Source: Eledone cirrhosa (Eukaryota). Taken from it: a stretch of DNA of 64,000 nt. This document shows positions 38,501 through 52,800 of the stretch, piece by piece. Position numbers and translations under genes: made by a program. The DNA lies in assembly GCA_964016885.1 (NCBI GenBank), contig OZ024747.1:52514001-52578000 (forward strand), in the 5' to 3' direction. A model generated the notes under the pieces. That model saw only the letters and a list, made by a program, of their open reading frames with translations, did no database searches and was not told the origin of the DNA. The stretch's first letter is position 1; each line of letters starts with the position of its first letter.

Positions 38501-41500
38501 ACAGAGAGAACCAGTACGTAGCACAGAGTCGGTGTAGAGTAAAACAGAGAGAACCAGTACGTAGCACAGACTCGGTGTAGAGTAAAACAGAGAGAACCAG
38601 TACGTAGCACAGAGTCGGTGTAGAGTAAAACAGAGAGAACCAGTACATAGAACAGAGTCGGTGTAGAGTAAAACAGAGAGAACCAGTACATAGGACAGAG
38701 TCACTGTAGAGTAAAACAGAGAGAACTAGTACATAGGACAGAGTCAGAGTAGAGTAAAACAGAGAGAACCAGTACATAGGACAGAGTCGGTGTAGAGTAA
38801 AACAGAGAGAACCAGTACATAGGACAGAGTTGATGTAGGGTAAAACAGAGAGAACTAGTACATAGGACAGAGTTGGTGTAGTGTAAAACAGAGAGAACCA
38901 GTACATAGGACAGAGTCGGTGTAGAGTAAAACATAGAGAACCAGTACATAGGACAGAGTTGATGTAGGGTAAAACAGAGAGAACCAGTACATAGGACAGA
39001 GTTGGTGTAGAGTAAAACAGAGAGAACCAGTACATAGGACAGTGTTGGTGTAGAGTAAAACAGAGAGAACCAGTACGTAGCACAGAGTCGGTGTAGAGTA
39101 AAACAGAGAGAACCAGTACGTAGCACAGAGTCGGTGTAGAGTAAAACAGAGAGAACCAGTACATAGGACAGTGTTGGTGTAGAGTAAAACAGAGAGAACC
39201 AGTACATAGGACAGTGTTGGTGTAGGGTAAAACAGAGAGAACCAGTACGTAGCACAGAGTCGGTGTAGAGTAAAACAGAGAGAACCAGTACGTAGCACAG
39301 AGTCGGTGTAGAGTAAAACAGAGAGAACCAGTACATAGGACAGTGTTGGTGTAGAGTAAAACAGAGAGAACCAGTACATAGGACAGTGTTGGTGTAGAGT
39401 AAAACAGAGAGAACCAGTACATAGGACAGAGTAGGTGTAGTGTAAAACAGAGAACAGAGAGAACCAGTACGTAGCACAGTGTTGGTGTAGAGTAAAACAG
39501 AGAGAACCAGTACGTAGCACAGAGTCGGTGTAGAGTAAAACAGAGAGAACCAGTACGTAGCACAGAGTCGGTGTAGAGTAAAACAGAGAGAGCCAGTACA
39601 TAGAACAGAGTCGGTGTAGAGTAAAACAGAGAGAACCAGTACATAGGACAGAGTCACTGTAGAGTAAAACAGAGAGAACTAGTACATAGGACAGAGTCAG
39701 AGTAGAGTAAAACAGAGAGAACCAGTACATAGGACAGAGTCGGTGTAGAGTAAAACAGAGAGAACCAGTACATAGGACAGAGTTGATGTAGGGTAAAACA
39801 GAGAGAACTAGTACATAGGACAGAGTTGGTGTAGTGTAAAACAGAGAGAACCAGTACATAGGACAGAGTCGGTGTAGAGTAAAACATAGAGAACCAGTAC
39901 ATAGGACAGAGTTGATGTAGGGTAAAACAGAGAGAACCAGTACATAGGACAGAGTAGGTGTAGAGTAAAACAGAGAGAACCAGTACATAGGACAGTGTTG
40001 GTGTAGAGTAAAACAGAGAGAACCAGTACGTAGCACAGAGTCGGTGTAGAGTAAAACAGAGAGAACCAGTACGTAGCACAGAGTCGGTGTAGAGTAAAAC
40101 AGAGAGAACCAGTACATAGGACAGTGTTGGTGTAGAGTAAAACAGAGAGAACCAGTACATAGGACAGTGTTGGTGTAGAGTAAAACAGAGAGAACCAGTA
40201 CATAGGACAGAGTAGGTGTAGTGTAAAACAGAGAACAGAGAGAACCAGTACATAGGACAGTGTTGGTGTAGAGTAAAACAGAGAGAACCAGTACGTAGCA
40301 CAGAGTCGCTGTAGAGTAAAACAGAGAGAACCAGTACATAGGACAGTGTTGGTGTAGAGTAAAACAGAGAGAACCAGTACATAGGACAGTGTTGGTGTAG
40401 AGTAAAACAGAGAGAACCAGTACATAGGACAGAGTAGGTGTAGTGTAAAACAGAGAGAACCAGTACATATGACAGAGTAGGTGTAGAGTAAAACAGAGAG
40501 AACCAGTATATAGGACAGAGTCGGTGTAGAGTAAAACAGAGAGAACCAGTACGTAGCACAGAGTCGCTGTAGAGTAAAACAGAGAGAACCAGTACGTAGC
40601 ACAGAGTCGGTGTAGAGTAAAACAGAGAGAACCAGTACATAGGACAGTGTTGGTGTAGAGTAAAACAGAGAGGACCAGTACATAGGACAGTGTTGGTGTA
40701 GAGTAAAACAGAGAGAACCAGTACGTAGCACAGAGTCGCTGTAGAGTAAAACAGAGAGAACCAGTACATAGGACAGTGTTGGTGTAGAGTAAAACAGAGA
40801 GAACCAGTACATAGAACAGAGTCGGTGTAGAGTAAGACAGAGAGAACCAGTACATAGGACAGTGTTGGTGTAGAGTAAAACAAAGAGAACCAGTACGTAG
40901 CACAGTGTTGGTGTAGAGTAAAACAGAGAGAACCAGTACGTAGCACAGAGTCGGTGTAGAGTAAGACAGAGAGAACCAGTACATAGGACAGTGTTGGTGT
41001 AGAGTAAAACAGAGAGAACCAGTACGTAGCACAGAGTCGGTGTAGAGTAAAACAGAGAGAACCAGTACGTAGCACAGAGTCGGTGTAGAGTAAAACAGAG
41101 AGAACCAGTACATAGGACAGTGTTGGTGTAGAGTAAAACAGAGAGAACCAGTACATAGGACATTGTTGGTGTAGAGTAAAACAGAGAGAACCAGTACGTA
41201 GCACAGTGTTGGTGTAGAGTAAAACAGAGAGAACCAGTACGTAGCACAGAGTCGGTGTAGAGTAAAACAGAGAGAACCAGTACGTAGCACAGAGTCGGTG
41301 TAGAGTAAAACAGAGAGAACCAGTACATAGGACAGTGTTGGTGTAGAGTAAAACAGAGAGAACCAGTACATAGGACAGTGTTGGTGTAGAGTAAAACAGA
41401 GAGAACCAGTACGTAGCACAGTGTTGGTGTAGAGTAAAACAGAGAGAACCAGTACGTAGCACAGAGTCGATGTAGAGTAAAACAGAGAGAACCAGTACAT

Positions 41501-43811
41501 AGGACAGTGTTGGTGTAGAGTAAAACAGAGAGAACCAGTACATAGGACAGAGTCACTGTAGAGTAAAACAGAGAGAACCAGTACGTAGCACAGTTGTGGT
41601 GTAGAGTAAAACAGAGAGAACCAGTACGTAGCACAGAGTCGCTGTAGAGTAAAACAGAGAGAACCAGTACATAGAACAGAGTCGGTGTAGAGTAAAACAG
41701 AGAGAAGCAGTACATAGGAGAGTGTTGGTGTAGAGTAAAACAGAGAGAACCAGTACATAGGACAGTGTTGGTGTAGAGTAAAACAGAGAGAACCAGTACA
41801 TAGGACAGAGTAGCTGTAGTGTAAAACAGAGAACAGAGAGAACCAGTACATAGGACAGTGTTGGTGTAGAGTAAAACAGAGAGAACCAGTACGTAGCACA
41901 GAGTCGGTGTAGAGTAAAACAGAGAGAACCAGTACATAGGACAGAGTCGGTGTAGAGTAAAACAGAGAGAACCAGTACATAGGACATTGTTGGTGTAGAG
42001 TAAAACAGAGAGAACCAGTACGTAGCACAGTGTTGGTGTAGAGTAAAACAGAGAGAACCAGTACGTAGCACAGAGTCGGTGTAGAGTAAAACAGAGAGAA
42101 CCAGTACGTAGCACAGAGTCGGTGTAGAGTAAAACAGAGAGAACCAGTACGTAGCACAGAGTCGGTGTAGAGTAAAACAGAGAGAACCAGTACATAGGAC
42201 AGTGTTGGTGTAGAGTTAAACAGAGAGAACCAGTACATAGGACAGTGTTGGTGTAGAGTAAAACAGAGAGAACCAGTACGTAGCACAGAGTCGATGTAGA
42301 GTAAAACAGAGAGAACCAGTACATAGGACAGTGTTGGTGTAGAGTAAAACAGAGAGAACCAGTACATAGGACAGAGTCACTGTAGAGTAAAACAGAGAGA
42401 ACCAGTACGTAGCTCAGTTGTGGTGTAGAGTAAAACAGAGAGAACCAGTACGTAGCACAGAGTCGCTGTAGAGTAAAACAGAGAGAACCAGTACATAGAA
42501 CAGAGTCGGTGTAGAGTAAAACAGAGAGAACCAGTACATAGGACAGAGTCACTGTAGAGTAAAACAGAGAACTAGTACATAGGACAGAGTCAGAGTAGAG
42601 TAAAACAGAGAGAACCAGTACATAGGACAGAGTCGGTGTAGAGTAAAACAGAGAGAACCAGTACATAGGACAGAGTTGATGTAGGGTAAAACAGAGAGAA
42701 CCAGTACATAGGACAGAGTTGGTGTACTGTAAAACAGAGAGAACCAGTACATAGGACAGAGTCGGTGTAGAGTAAAACATAGAGAACACGTACATAGGAC
42801 AGAGTTGATGTAGGGTAAAACAGAGAGAACCAGTACATAGGACAGAGTTGGTGTAGAGTAAAACAGAGAGGACCAGTACACAGGACAGAGTTGGTGTAGA
42901 GTAAAACAGAGAGAACCAGTACATATGACAGAGTAGGTGTAGAGTAAAACAGAGAGAACCAGTACATAGGACAGAGTCGGTGTAGAGTAAAACAGAGAGA
43001 ACCAGTACATAGGAGAGTGTTGGTGTAGAGTAAAACAGAGAGAACCAGTACATAGGACAGTGTTGGTGTAGAGTAAAACAGAGAGAACCAGTACATAGGA
43101 CAGAGTAGGTGTAGTGTAAAACAGAGAACAGAGAGAACCAGTACGTAGCACAGTGTTGGTGTAGAGTAAAACAGAGAGAACCAGTACGTAGCACAGAGTC
43201 GGTGTAGAGTAAAACAGAGAGAACCAGTACGTAGCACAGAGTCGGTGTAGAGTAAAACAGAGAGAACCAGTACATAGAACAGAGTCGGTGTAGAGTAAAA
43301 CAGAGAGAACCAGTACATAGGACAGAGTCACTGTAGAGTAAAACAGAGAGAACTAGTACATAGGACAGAGTCAGAGTAGAGTAAAACAGAGAGAACCAGT
43401 ACATAGGACAGTGTTGGTGTAGAGTAAAACAGAGAGAACCAGTACATAGGACAGTGTTGGTGTAGGGTAAAACAGAGAGAACCAGTACGTAGCACAGAGT
43501 CGGTGTAGAGTAAAACAGAGAGAACCAGTACGTAGCACAGAGTCGGTGTAGAGTAAAACAGAGAGAACCAGTACATAGGACAGTGTTGGTGTAGAGTAAA
43601 ACAGAGAGAACCAGTACATAGGACAGTGTTGGTGTAGAGTAAAACAGAGAGAACCAGTACATAGGACAGAGTAGGTGTAGTGTAAAACAGAGAACAGAGA
43701 GAACCAGTACGTAGCACAGTGTTGGTGTAGAGTAAAACAGAGAGAACCAGTACGTAGCACAGAGTCGGTGTAGAGTAAAACAGAGAGAACCAGTACGTAG
43801 CACAGACTCGG

Positions 43812-46800
43812 TGTAGAGTAAAACAGAGAGAGCCAGTACATAGAACAGAGTCGGTGTAGAGTAAAACAGAGAGAACCAGTACATAGGACAGAGTCACTGT
43901 AGAGTAAAACAGAGAGAACTAGTACATAGGACAGAGTCAGAGTAGAGTAAAACAGAGAGAACCAGTACATAGGACAGAGTCGGTGTAGAGTAAAACAGAG
44001 AGAACCAGTACATAGGACAGAGTTGATGTAGGGTAAAACAGAGAGAACTAGTACATAGGACAGAGTTGGTGTAGTGTAAAACAGAGAGAACCAGTACATA
44101 GGACAGAGTCGGTGTAGAGTAAAACATAGAGAACCAGTACATAGGACAGAGTTGATGTAGGGTAAAACAGAGAGAACCAGTACATAGGACAGAGTAGGTG
44201 TAGAGTAAAACAGAGAGAACCAGTACATAGGACAGTGTTGGTGTAGAGTAAAACAGAGAGAACCAGTACGTAGCACAGAGTCGGTGTAGAGTAAAACAGA
44301 GAGAACCAGTACGTAGCACAGAGTCGGTGTAGAGTAAAACAGAGAGAACCAGTACATAGGACAGTGTTGGTGTAGAGTAAAACAGAGAGAACCAGTACAT
44401 AGGACAGTGTTGGTGTAGAGTAAAACAGAGAGAACCAGTACATAGGACAGAGTAGGTGTAGTGTAAAACAGAGAACAGAGAGAACCAGTACATAGGACAG
44501 TGTTGGTGTAGAGTAAAACAGAGAGAACCAGTACGTAGCACAGAGTCGCTGTAGAGTAAAACAGAGAGAACCAGTACATAGGACAGTGTTGGTGTAGAGT
44601 AAAACAGAGAGAACCAGTACATAGGACAGTGTTGGTGTAGAGTAAAACAGAGAGAACCAGTACATAGGACAGAGTAGGTGTAGTGTAAAACAGAGAGAAC
44701 CAGTACATATGACAGAGTAGGTGTAGAGTAAAACAGAGAGAACCAGTATATAGGACAGAGTCGGTGTAGAGTAAAACAGAGAGAACCAGTACGTAGCACA
44801 GAGTCGCTGTAGAGTAAAACAGAGAGAACCAGTACGTAGCACAGAGTCGGTGTAGAGTAAAACAGAGAGAACCAGTACATAGGACAGTGTTGGTGTAGAG
44901 TAAAACAGAGAGGACCAGTACATAGGACAGTGTTGGTGTAGAGTAAAACAGAGAGAACCAGTACGTAGCACAGAGTCGCTGTAGAGTAAAACAGAGAGAA
45001 CCAGTACATAGGACAGTGTTGGTGTAGAGTAAAACAGAGAGAACCAGTACATAGAACAGAGTCGGTGTAGAGTAAGACAGAGAGAACCAGTACATAGGAC
45101 AGTGTTGGTGTAGAGTAAAACAAAGAGAACCAGTACGTAGCACAGTGTTGGTGTAGAGTAAAACAGAGAGAACCAGTACGTAGCACAGAGTCGGTGTAGA
45201 GTAAGACAGAGAGAACCAGTACATAGGACAGTGTTGGTGTAGAGTAAAACAGAGAGAACCAGTACGTAGCACAGAGTCGGTGTAGAGTAAAACAGAGAGA
45301 ACCAGTACGTAGCACAGAGTCGGTGTAGAGTAAAACAGAGAGAACCAGTACATAGGACAGTGTTGGTGTAGAGTAAAACAGAGAGAACCAGTACATAGGA
45401 CATTGTTGGTGTAGAGTAAAACAGAGAGAACCAGTACGTAGCACAGTGTTGGTGTAGAGTAAAACAGAGAGAACCAGTACGTAGCACAGAGTCGGTGTAG
45501 AGTAAAACAGAGAGAACCAGTACGTAGCACAGAGTCGGTGTAGAGTAAAACAGAGAGAACCAGTACATAGGACAGTGTTGGTGTAGAGTAAAACAGAGAG
45601 AACCAGTACATAGGACAGTGTTGGTGTAGAGTAAAACAGAGAGAACCAGTACATAGGACAGAGTAGGTGTAGTGTAAAACAGAGAACAGAGAGAACCAGT
45701 ACGTAGCACAGTGTTGGTGTAGAGTAAAACAGAGAGAACCAGTACGTAGCACAGAGTCGGTGTAGAGTAAAACAGAGAGAACCAGTACGTAGCACAGAGT
45801 CGGTGTAGAGTAAAACAGAGAGAACCAGTACATAGAACAGAGTCGGTGTAGAGTAAAACAGAGAGAACCAGTACATAGGACAGAGTCACTGTAGAGTAAA
45901 ACAGAGAGAACTAGTACATAGGACAGAGTCAGAGTAGAGTAAAACAGAGAGAACCAGTACATAGGACAGAGTCGGTGTAGAGTAAAACAGAGAGAACCAG
46001 TACATAGGACAGAGTTGATGTAGGGTAAAACAGAGAGAACTAGTACATAGGACAGAGTTGGTGTAGTGTAAAACAGAGAGAACCAGTACATAGGACAGAG
46101 TCGGTGTAGAGTAAAACATAGAGAACCAGTACATAGGACAGAGTTGATGTAGGGTAAAACAGAGAGAACCAGTACATAGGACAGAGTTGGTGTAGAGTAA
46201 AACAGAGAGAACCAGTACATAGGACAGTGTTGGTGTAGAGTAAAACAGAGAGAACCAGTACGTAGCACAGAGTCGGTGTAGAGTAAAACAGAGAGAAGCA
46301 GTACATAGGACAGTGTTGGTGTAGAGTAAAACAGAGAGAACCAGTACGTAGCACAGAGTCGATGTAGAGTAAAACAGAGAGAACCAGTACATAGGACAGT
46401 GTTGGTGTAGAGTAAAACAGAGAGAACCAGTACATAGGACAGAGTCACTGTAGAGTAAAACAGAGAGAACCAGTACGTAGCACAGTTGTGGTGTAGAGTA
46501 AAACAGAGAGAACCAGTACGTAGCACAGAGTCGCTGTAGAGTAAAACAGAGAGAACCAGTACATAGAACAGAGTCGGTGTAGAGTAAAACAGAGAGAACC
46601 AGTACATAGGACAGAGTCACTGTAGAGTAAAACAGAGAACTAGTACATAGGACAGAGTCAGAGTAGAGTAAAACAGAGAGAACCAGTACATAGGACAGAG
46701 TCGGTGTAGAGTAAAACAGAGAGAACCAGTACATAGGACAGAGTTGATGTAGGGTAAAACAGAGAGAACCAGTACATAGGACAGAGTTGGTGTACTGTAA

Positions 46801-49800
46801 AACAGAGAGAACCAGTACATAGGACAGAGTCGGTGTAGAGTAAAACATAGAGAACACGTACATAGGACAGAGTTGATGTAGGGTAAAACAGAGAGAACCA
46901 GTACATAGGACAGAGTTGGTGTAGAGTAAAACAGAGAGAACCAGTACATAGGAGAGTCAGAGTAGAGTAAAACAGAGAGAACCAGTACATAGGACAGAGT
47001 TGGTGTAGAGTAAAACAGAGAGAACCAGTACACAGGACAGAGTTGGTGTAGAGTAAAACAGAGAGAACCAGTACATATGACAGAGTAGGTGTAGAGTAAA
47101 ACAGAGAGAACCAGTACATAGGACAGAGTCGGTGTAGAGTAAAACAGAGAGAACCAGTACATAGGAGAGTGTTGGTGTAGAGTAAAACAGAGAGAACCAG
47201 TACATAGGACAGTGTTGGTGTAGAGTAAAACAGAGAGAACCAGTACATAGGACAGAGTAGGTGTAGTGTAAAACAGAGAACAGAGAGAACCAGTACGTAG
47301 CACAGTGTTGGTGTAGAGTAAAACAGAGAGAACCAGTACGTAGCACAGAGTCGGTGTAGAGTAAAACAGAGAGAACCAGTACGTAGCACAGACTCGGTGT
47401 AGAGTAAAACAGAGAGAACCAGTACGTAGCACAGAGTCGGTGTAGAGTAAAACAGAGAGAACCAGTACATAGAACAGAGTCGGTGTAGAGTAAAACAGAG
47501 AGAACCAGTACATAGGACAGAGTCACTGTAGAGTAAAACAGAGAGAACTAGTACATAGGACAGAGTCAGAGTAGAGTAAAACAGAGAGAACCAGTACATA
47601 GGACAGAGTCGGTGTAGAGTAAAACAGAGAGAACCAGTACATAGGACAGAGTTGATGTAGGGTAAAACAGAGAGAACTAGTACATAGGACAGAGTTGGTG
47701 TAGTGTAAAACAGAGAGAACCAGTACATAGGACAGAGTCGGTGTAGAGTAAAACATAGAGAACCAGTACATAGGACAGAGTTGATGTAGGGTAAAACAGA
47801 GAGAACCAGTACATAGGACAGAGTTGGTGTAGAGTAAAACAGAGAGAACCAGTACATAGGACAGTGTTGGTGTAGAGTAAAACAGAGAGAACCAGTACGT
47901 AGCACAGAGTCGGTGTAGAGTAAAACAAAGAGAACCAGTACGTAGCACAGAGTCGGTGTAGAGTAAAACAGAGAGAACCAGTACATAGGACAGTGTTGGT
48001 GTAGAGTAAAACAGAGAGAACCAGTACATAGGACAGTGTTGGTGTAGGGTAAAACAGAGAGAACCAGTACGTAGCACAGAGTCGGTGTAGAGTGAAACAG
48101 AGAGAACCAGTACGTAGCACAGAGTCGGTGTAGAGTAAAACAGAGAGAACCAGTACATAGGACAGTGTTGGTGTAGAGTAAAACAGAGAGAACCAGTACA
48201 TAGGACAGTGTTGGTGTAGAGTAAAACAGAGAGAACCAGTACATAGGACAGAGTAGGTGTAGTGTAAAACAGAGAACAGAGAGAACCAGTACGTAGCACA
48301 GTGTTGGTGTAGAGTAAAACAGAGAGAACCAGTACGTAGCACAGAGTCGGTGTAGAGTAAAACAGAGAGAACCAGTACGTAGCACAGACTCGGTGTAGAG
48401 TAAAACAGAGAGAACCAGTACGTAGCACAGAGTCGGTGTAGAGTAAAACAGAGAGAGCCAGTACATAGAACAGAGTCGGTGTAGAGTAAAACAGAGAGAA
48501 CCAGTACATAGGACAGAGTCACTGTAGAGTAAAACAGAGAGAACTAGTACATAGGACAGAGTCAGAGTAGAGTAAAACAGAGAGAACCAGTACATAGGAC
48601 AGAGTCGGTGTAGAGTAAAACAGAGAGAACCAGTACATAGGACAGAGTTGATGTAGGGTAAAACAGAGAGAACTAGTACATAGGACAGAGTTGGTGTAGT
48701 GTAAAACAGAGAGAACCAGTACATAGGACAGAGTCGGTGTAGAGTAAAACATAGAGAACCAGTACATAGGACAGAGTTGATGTAGGGTAAAACAGAGAGA
48801 ACCAGTACATAGGACAGAGTAGGTGTAGAGTAAAACAGAGAGAACCAGTACATAGGACAGTGTTGGTGTAGAGTAAAACAGAGAGAACCAGTACGTAGCA
48901 CAGAGTCGGTGTAGAGTAAAACAGAGAGAACCAGTACGTAGCACAGAGTCGGTGTAGAGTAAAACAGAGAGAACCAGTACATAGGACAGTGTTGGTGTAG
49001 AGTAAAACAGAGAGAACCAGTACATAGGACAGTGTTGGTGTAGAGTAAAACAGAGAGAACCAGTACATAGGACAGAGTAGGTGTAGTGTAAAATAGAGAA
49101 CAGAGAGAACCAGTACATAGGACAGTGTTGGTGTAGAGTAAAACAGAGAGAACCAGTACGTAGCACAGAGTCGCTGTAGAGTAAAACAGAGAGAACCAGT
49201 ACATAGGACAGTGTTGGTGTAGAGTAAAACAGAGAGAACCAGTACATAGGACAGTGTTGGTGTAGAGTAAAACAGAGAGAACCAGTACATAGGACAGAGT
49301 AGGTGTAGTGTAAAACAGAGAGAACCAGTACATATGACAGAGTAGGTGTAGAGTAAAACAGAGAGAACCAGTATATAGGACAGAGTCGGTGTAGAGTAAA
49401 ACAGAGAGAACCAGTACGTAGCACAGAGTCGCTGTAGAGTAAAACAGAGAGAACCAGTACGTAGCACAGAGTCGGTGTAGAGTAAAACAGAGAGAACCAG
49501 TACATAGGACAGTGTTGGTGTAGAGTAAAACAGAGAGGACCAGTACATAGGACAGTGTTGGTGTAGAGTAAAACAGAGAGAACCAGTACGTAGCACAGAG
49601 TCGCTGTAGAGTAAAACAGAGAGAACCAGTACATAGGACAGTGTTGGTGTAGAGTAAAACAGAGAGAACCAGTACATAGAACAGAGTCGGTGTAGAGTAA
49701 GACAGAGAGAACCAGTACATAGGACAGTGTTGGTGTAGAGTAAAACAAAGAGAACCAGTACGTAGCACAGTGTTGGTGTAGAGTAAAACAGAGAGAACCA

Positions 49801-52800
49801 GTACGTAGCACAGAGTCGGTGTAGAGTAAGACAGAGAGAACCAGTACATAGGACAGTGTTGGTGTAGAGTAAAACAGAGAGAACCAGTACGTAGCACAGA
49901 GTCGGTGTAGAGTAAAACAGAGAGAACCAGTACGTAGCACAGAGTCGGTGTAGAGTAAAACAGAGAGAACCAGTACATAGGACAGTGTTGGTGTAGAGTA
50001 AAACAGAGAGAACCAGTACATAGGACATTGTTGGTGTAGAGTAAAACAGAGAGAACCAGTACGTAGCACAGTGTTGGTGTAGAGTAAAACAGAGAGAACC
50101 AGTACGTAGCACAGAGTCGGTGTAGAGTAAAACAGAGAGAACCAGTACGTAGCACAGAGTCGGTGTAGAGTAAAACAGAGAGAACCAGTACATAGGACAG
50201 TGTTGGTGTAGAGTAAAACAGAGAGAACCAGTACATAGGACAGTGTTGGTGTAGAGTAAAACAGAGAGAACCAGTACATAGGACAGAGTAGGTGTAGTGT
50301 AAAACAGAGAACAGAGAGAACCAGTACGTAGCACAGTGTTGGTGTAGAGTAAAACAGAGAGAACCAGTACGTAGCACAGAGTCGGTGTAGAGTAAAACAG
50401 AGAGAACCAGTACGTAGCACAGAGTCGGTGTAGAGTAAAACAGAGAGAACCAGTACATAGAACAGAGTCGGTGTAGAGTAAAACAGAGAGAACCAGTACA
50501 TAGGACAGAGTCACTGTAGAGTAAAACAGAGAGAACTAGTACATAGGACAGAGTCAGAGTAGAGTAAAACAGAGAGAACCAGTACATAGGACAGAGTCGG
50601 TGTAGAGTAAAACAGAGAGAACCAGTACATAGGACAGAGTTGATGTAGGGTAAAACAGAGAGAACTAGTACATAGGACAGAGTTGGTGTAGTGTAAAACA
50701 GAGAGAACCAGTACATAGGACAGAGTCGGTGTAGAGTAAAACATAGAGAACCAGTACATAGGACAGAGTTGATGTAGGGTAAAACAGAGAGAACCAGTAC
50801 ATAGGACAGAGTTGGTGTAGAGTAAAACAGAGAGAACCAGTACATAGGACAGTGTTGGTGTAGAGTAAAACAGAGAGAACCAGTACGTAGCACAGAGTCG
50901 GTGTAGAGTAAAACAGAGAGAAGCAGTACATAGGACAGTGTTGGTGTAGAGTAAAACAGAGAGAACCAGTACGTAGCACAGAGTCGATGTAGAGTAAAAC
51001 AGAGAGAACCAGTACATAGGACAGTGTTGGTGTAGAGTAAAACAGAGAGAACCAGTACATAGGACAGAGTCACTGTAGAGTAAAACAGAGAGAACCAGTA
51101 CGTAGCACAGTTGTGGTGTAGAGTAAAACAGAGAGAACCAGTACGTAGCACAGAGTCGCTGTAGAGTAAAACAGAGAGAACCAGTACATAGAACAGAGTC
51201 GGTGTAGAGTAAAACAGAGAGAACCAGTACATAGGACAGAGTCACTGTAGAGTAAAACAGAGAACTAGTACATAGGACAGAGTCAGAGTAGAGTAAAACA
51301 GAGAGAACCAGTACATAGGACAGAGTCGGTGTAGAGTAAAACAGAGAGAACCAGTACATAGGACAGAGTTGATGTAGGGTAAAACAGAGAGAACCAGTAC
51401 ATAGGACAGAGTTGGTGTACTGTAAAACAGAGAGAACCAGTACATAGGACAGAGTCGGTGTAGAGTAAAACATAGAGAACACGTACATAGGACAGAGTTG
51501 ATGTAGGGTAAAACAGAGAGAACCAGTACATAGGACAGAGTTGGTGTAGAGTAAAACAGAGAGAACCAGTACATAGGAGAGTCAGAGTAGAGTAAAACAG
51601 AGAGAACCAGTACATAGGACAGAGTTGGTGTAGAGTAAAACAGAGAGAACCAGTACACAGGACAGAGTTGGTGTAGAGTAAAACAGAGAGAACCAGTACA
51701 TATGACAGAGTAGGTGTAGAGTAAAACAGAGAGAACCAGTACATAGGACAGAGTCGGTGTAGAGTAAAACAGAGAGAACCAGTACATAGGAGAGTGTTGG
51801 TGTAGAGTAAAACAGAGAGAACCAGTACATAGGACAGTGTTGGTGTAGAGTAAAACAGAGAGAACCAGTACATAGGACAGAGTAGGTGTAGTGTAAAACA
51901 GAGAACAGAGAGAACCAGTACGTAGCACAGTGTTGGTGTAGAGTAAAACAGAGAGAACCAGTACGTAGCACAGAGTCGGTGTAGAGTAAAACAGAGAGAA
52001 CCAGTACGTAGCACAGACTCGGTGTAGAGTAAAACAGAGAGAACCAGTACGTAGCACAGAGTCGGTGTAGAGTAAAACAGAGAGAACCAGTACATAGAAC
52101 AGAGTCGGTGTAGAGTAAAACAGAGAGAACCAGTACATAGGACAGAGTCACTGTAGAGTAAAACAGAGAGAACTAGTACATAGGACAGAGTCAGAGTAGA
52201 GTAAAACAGAGAGAACCAGTACATAGGACAGAGTCGGTGTAGAGTAAAACAGAGAGAACCAGTACATAGGACAGAGTTGATGTAGGGTAAAACAGAGAGA
52301 ACTAGTACATAGGACAGAGTTGGTGTAGTGTAAAACAGAGAGAACCAGTACATAGGACAGAGTCGGTGTAGAGTAAAACATAGAGAACCAGTACATAGGA
52401 CAGAGTTGATGTAGGGTAAAACAGAGAGAACCAGTACATAGGACAGAGTTGGTGTAGAGTAAAACAGAGAGAACCAGTACATAGGACAGTGTTGGTGTAG
52501 AGTAAAACAGAGAGAACCAGTACGTAGCACAGAGTCGGTGTAGAGTAAAACAAAGAGAACCAGTACGTAGCACAGAGTCGGTGTAGAGTAAAACAGAGAG
52601 AACCAGTACATAGGACAGTGTTGGTGTAGAGTAAAACAGAGAGAACCAGTACATAGGACAGTGTTGGTGTAGGGTAAAACAGAGAGAACCAGTACGTAGC
52701 ACAGAGTCGGTGTAGAGTAAAACAGAGAGAACCAGTACGTAGCACAGAGTCGGTGTAGAGTAAAACAGAGAGAACCAGTACATAGGACAGTGTTGGTGTA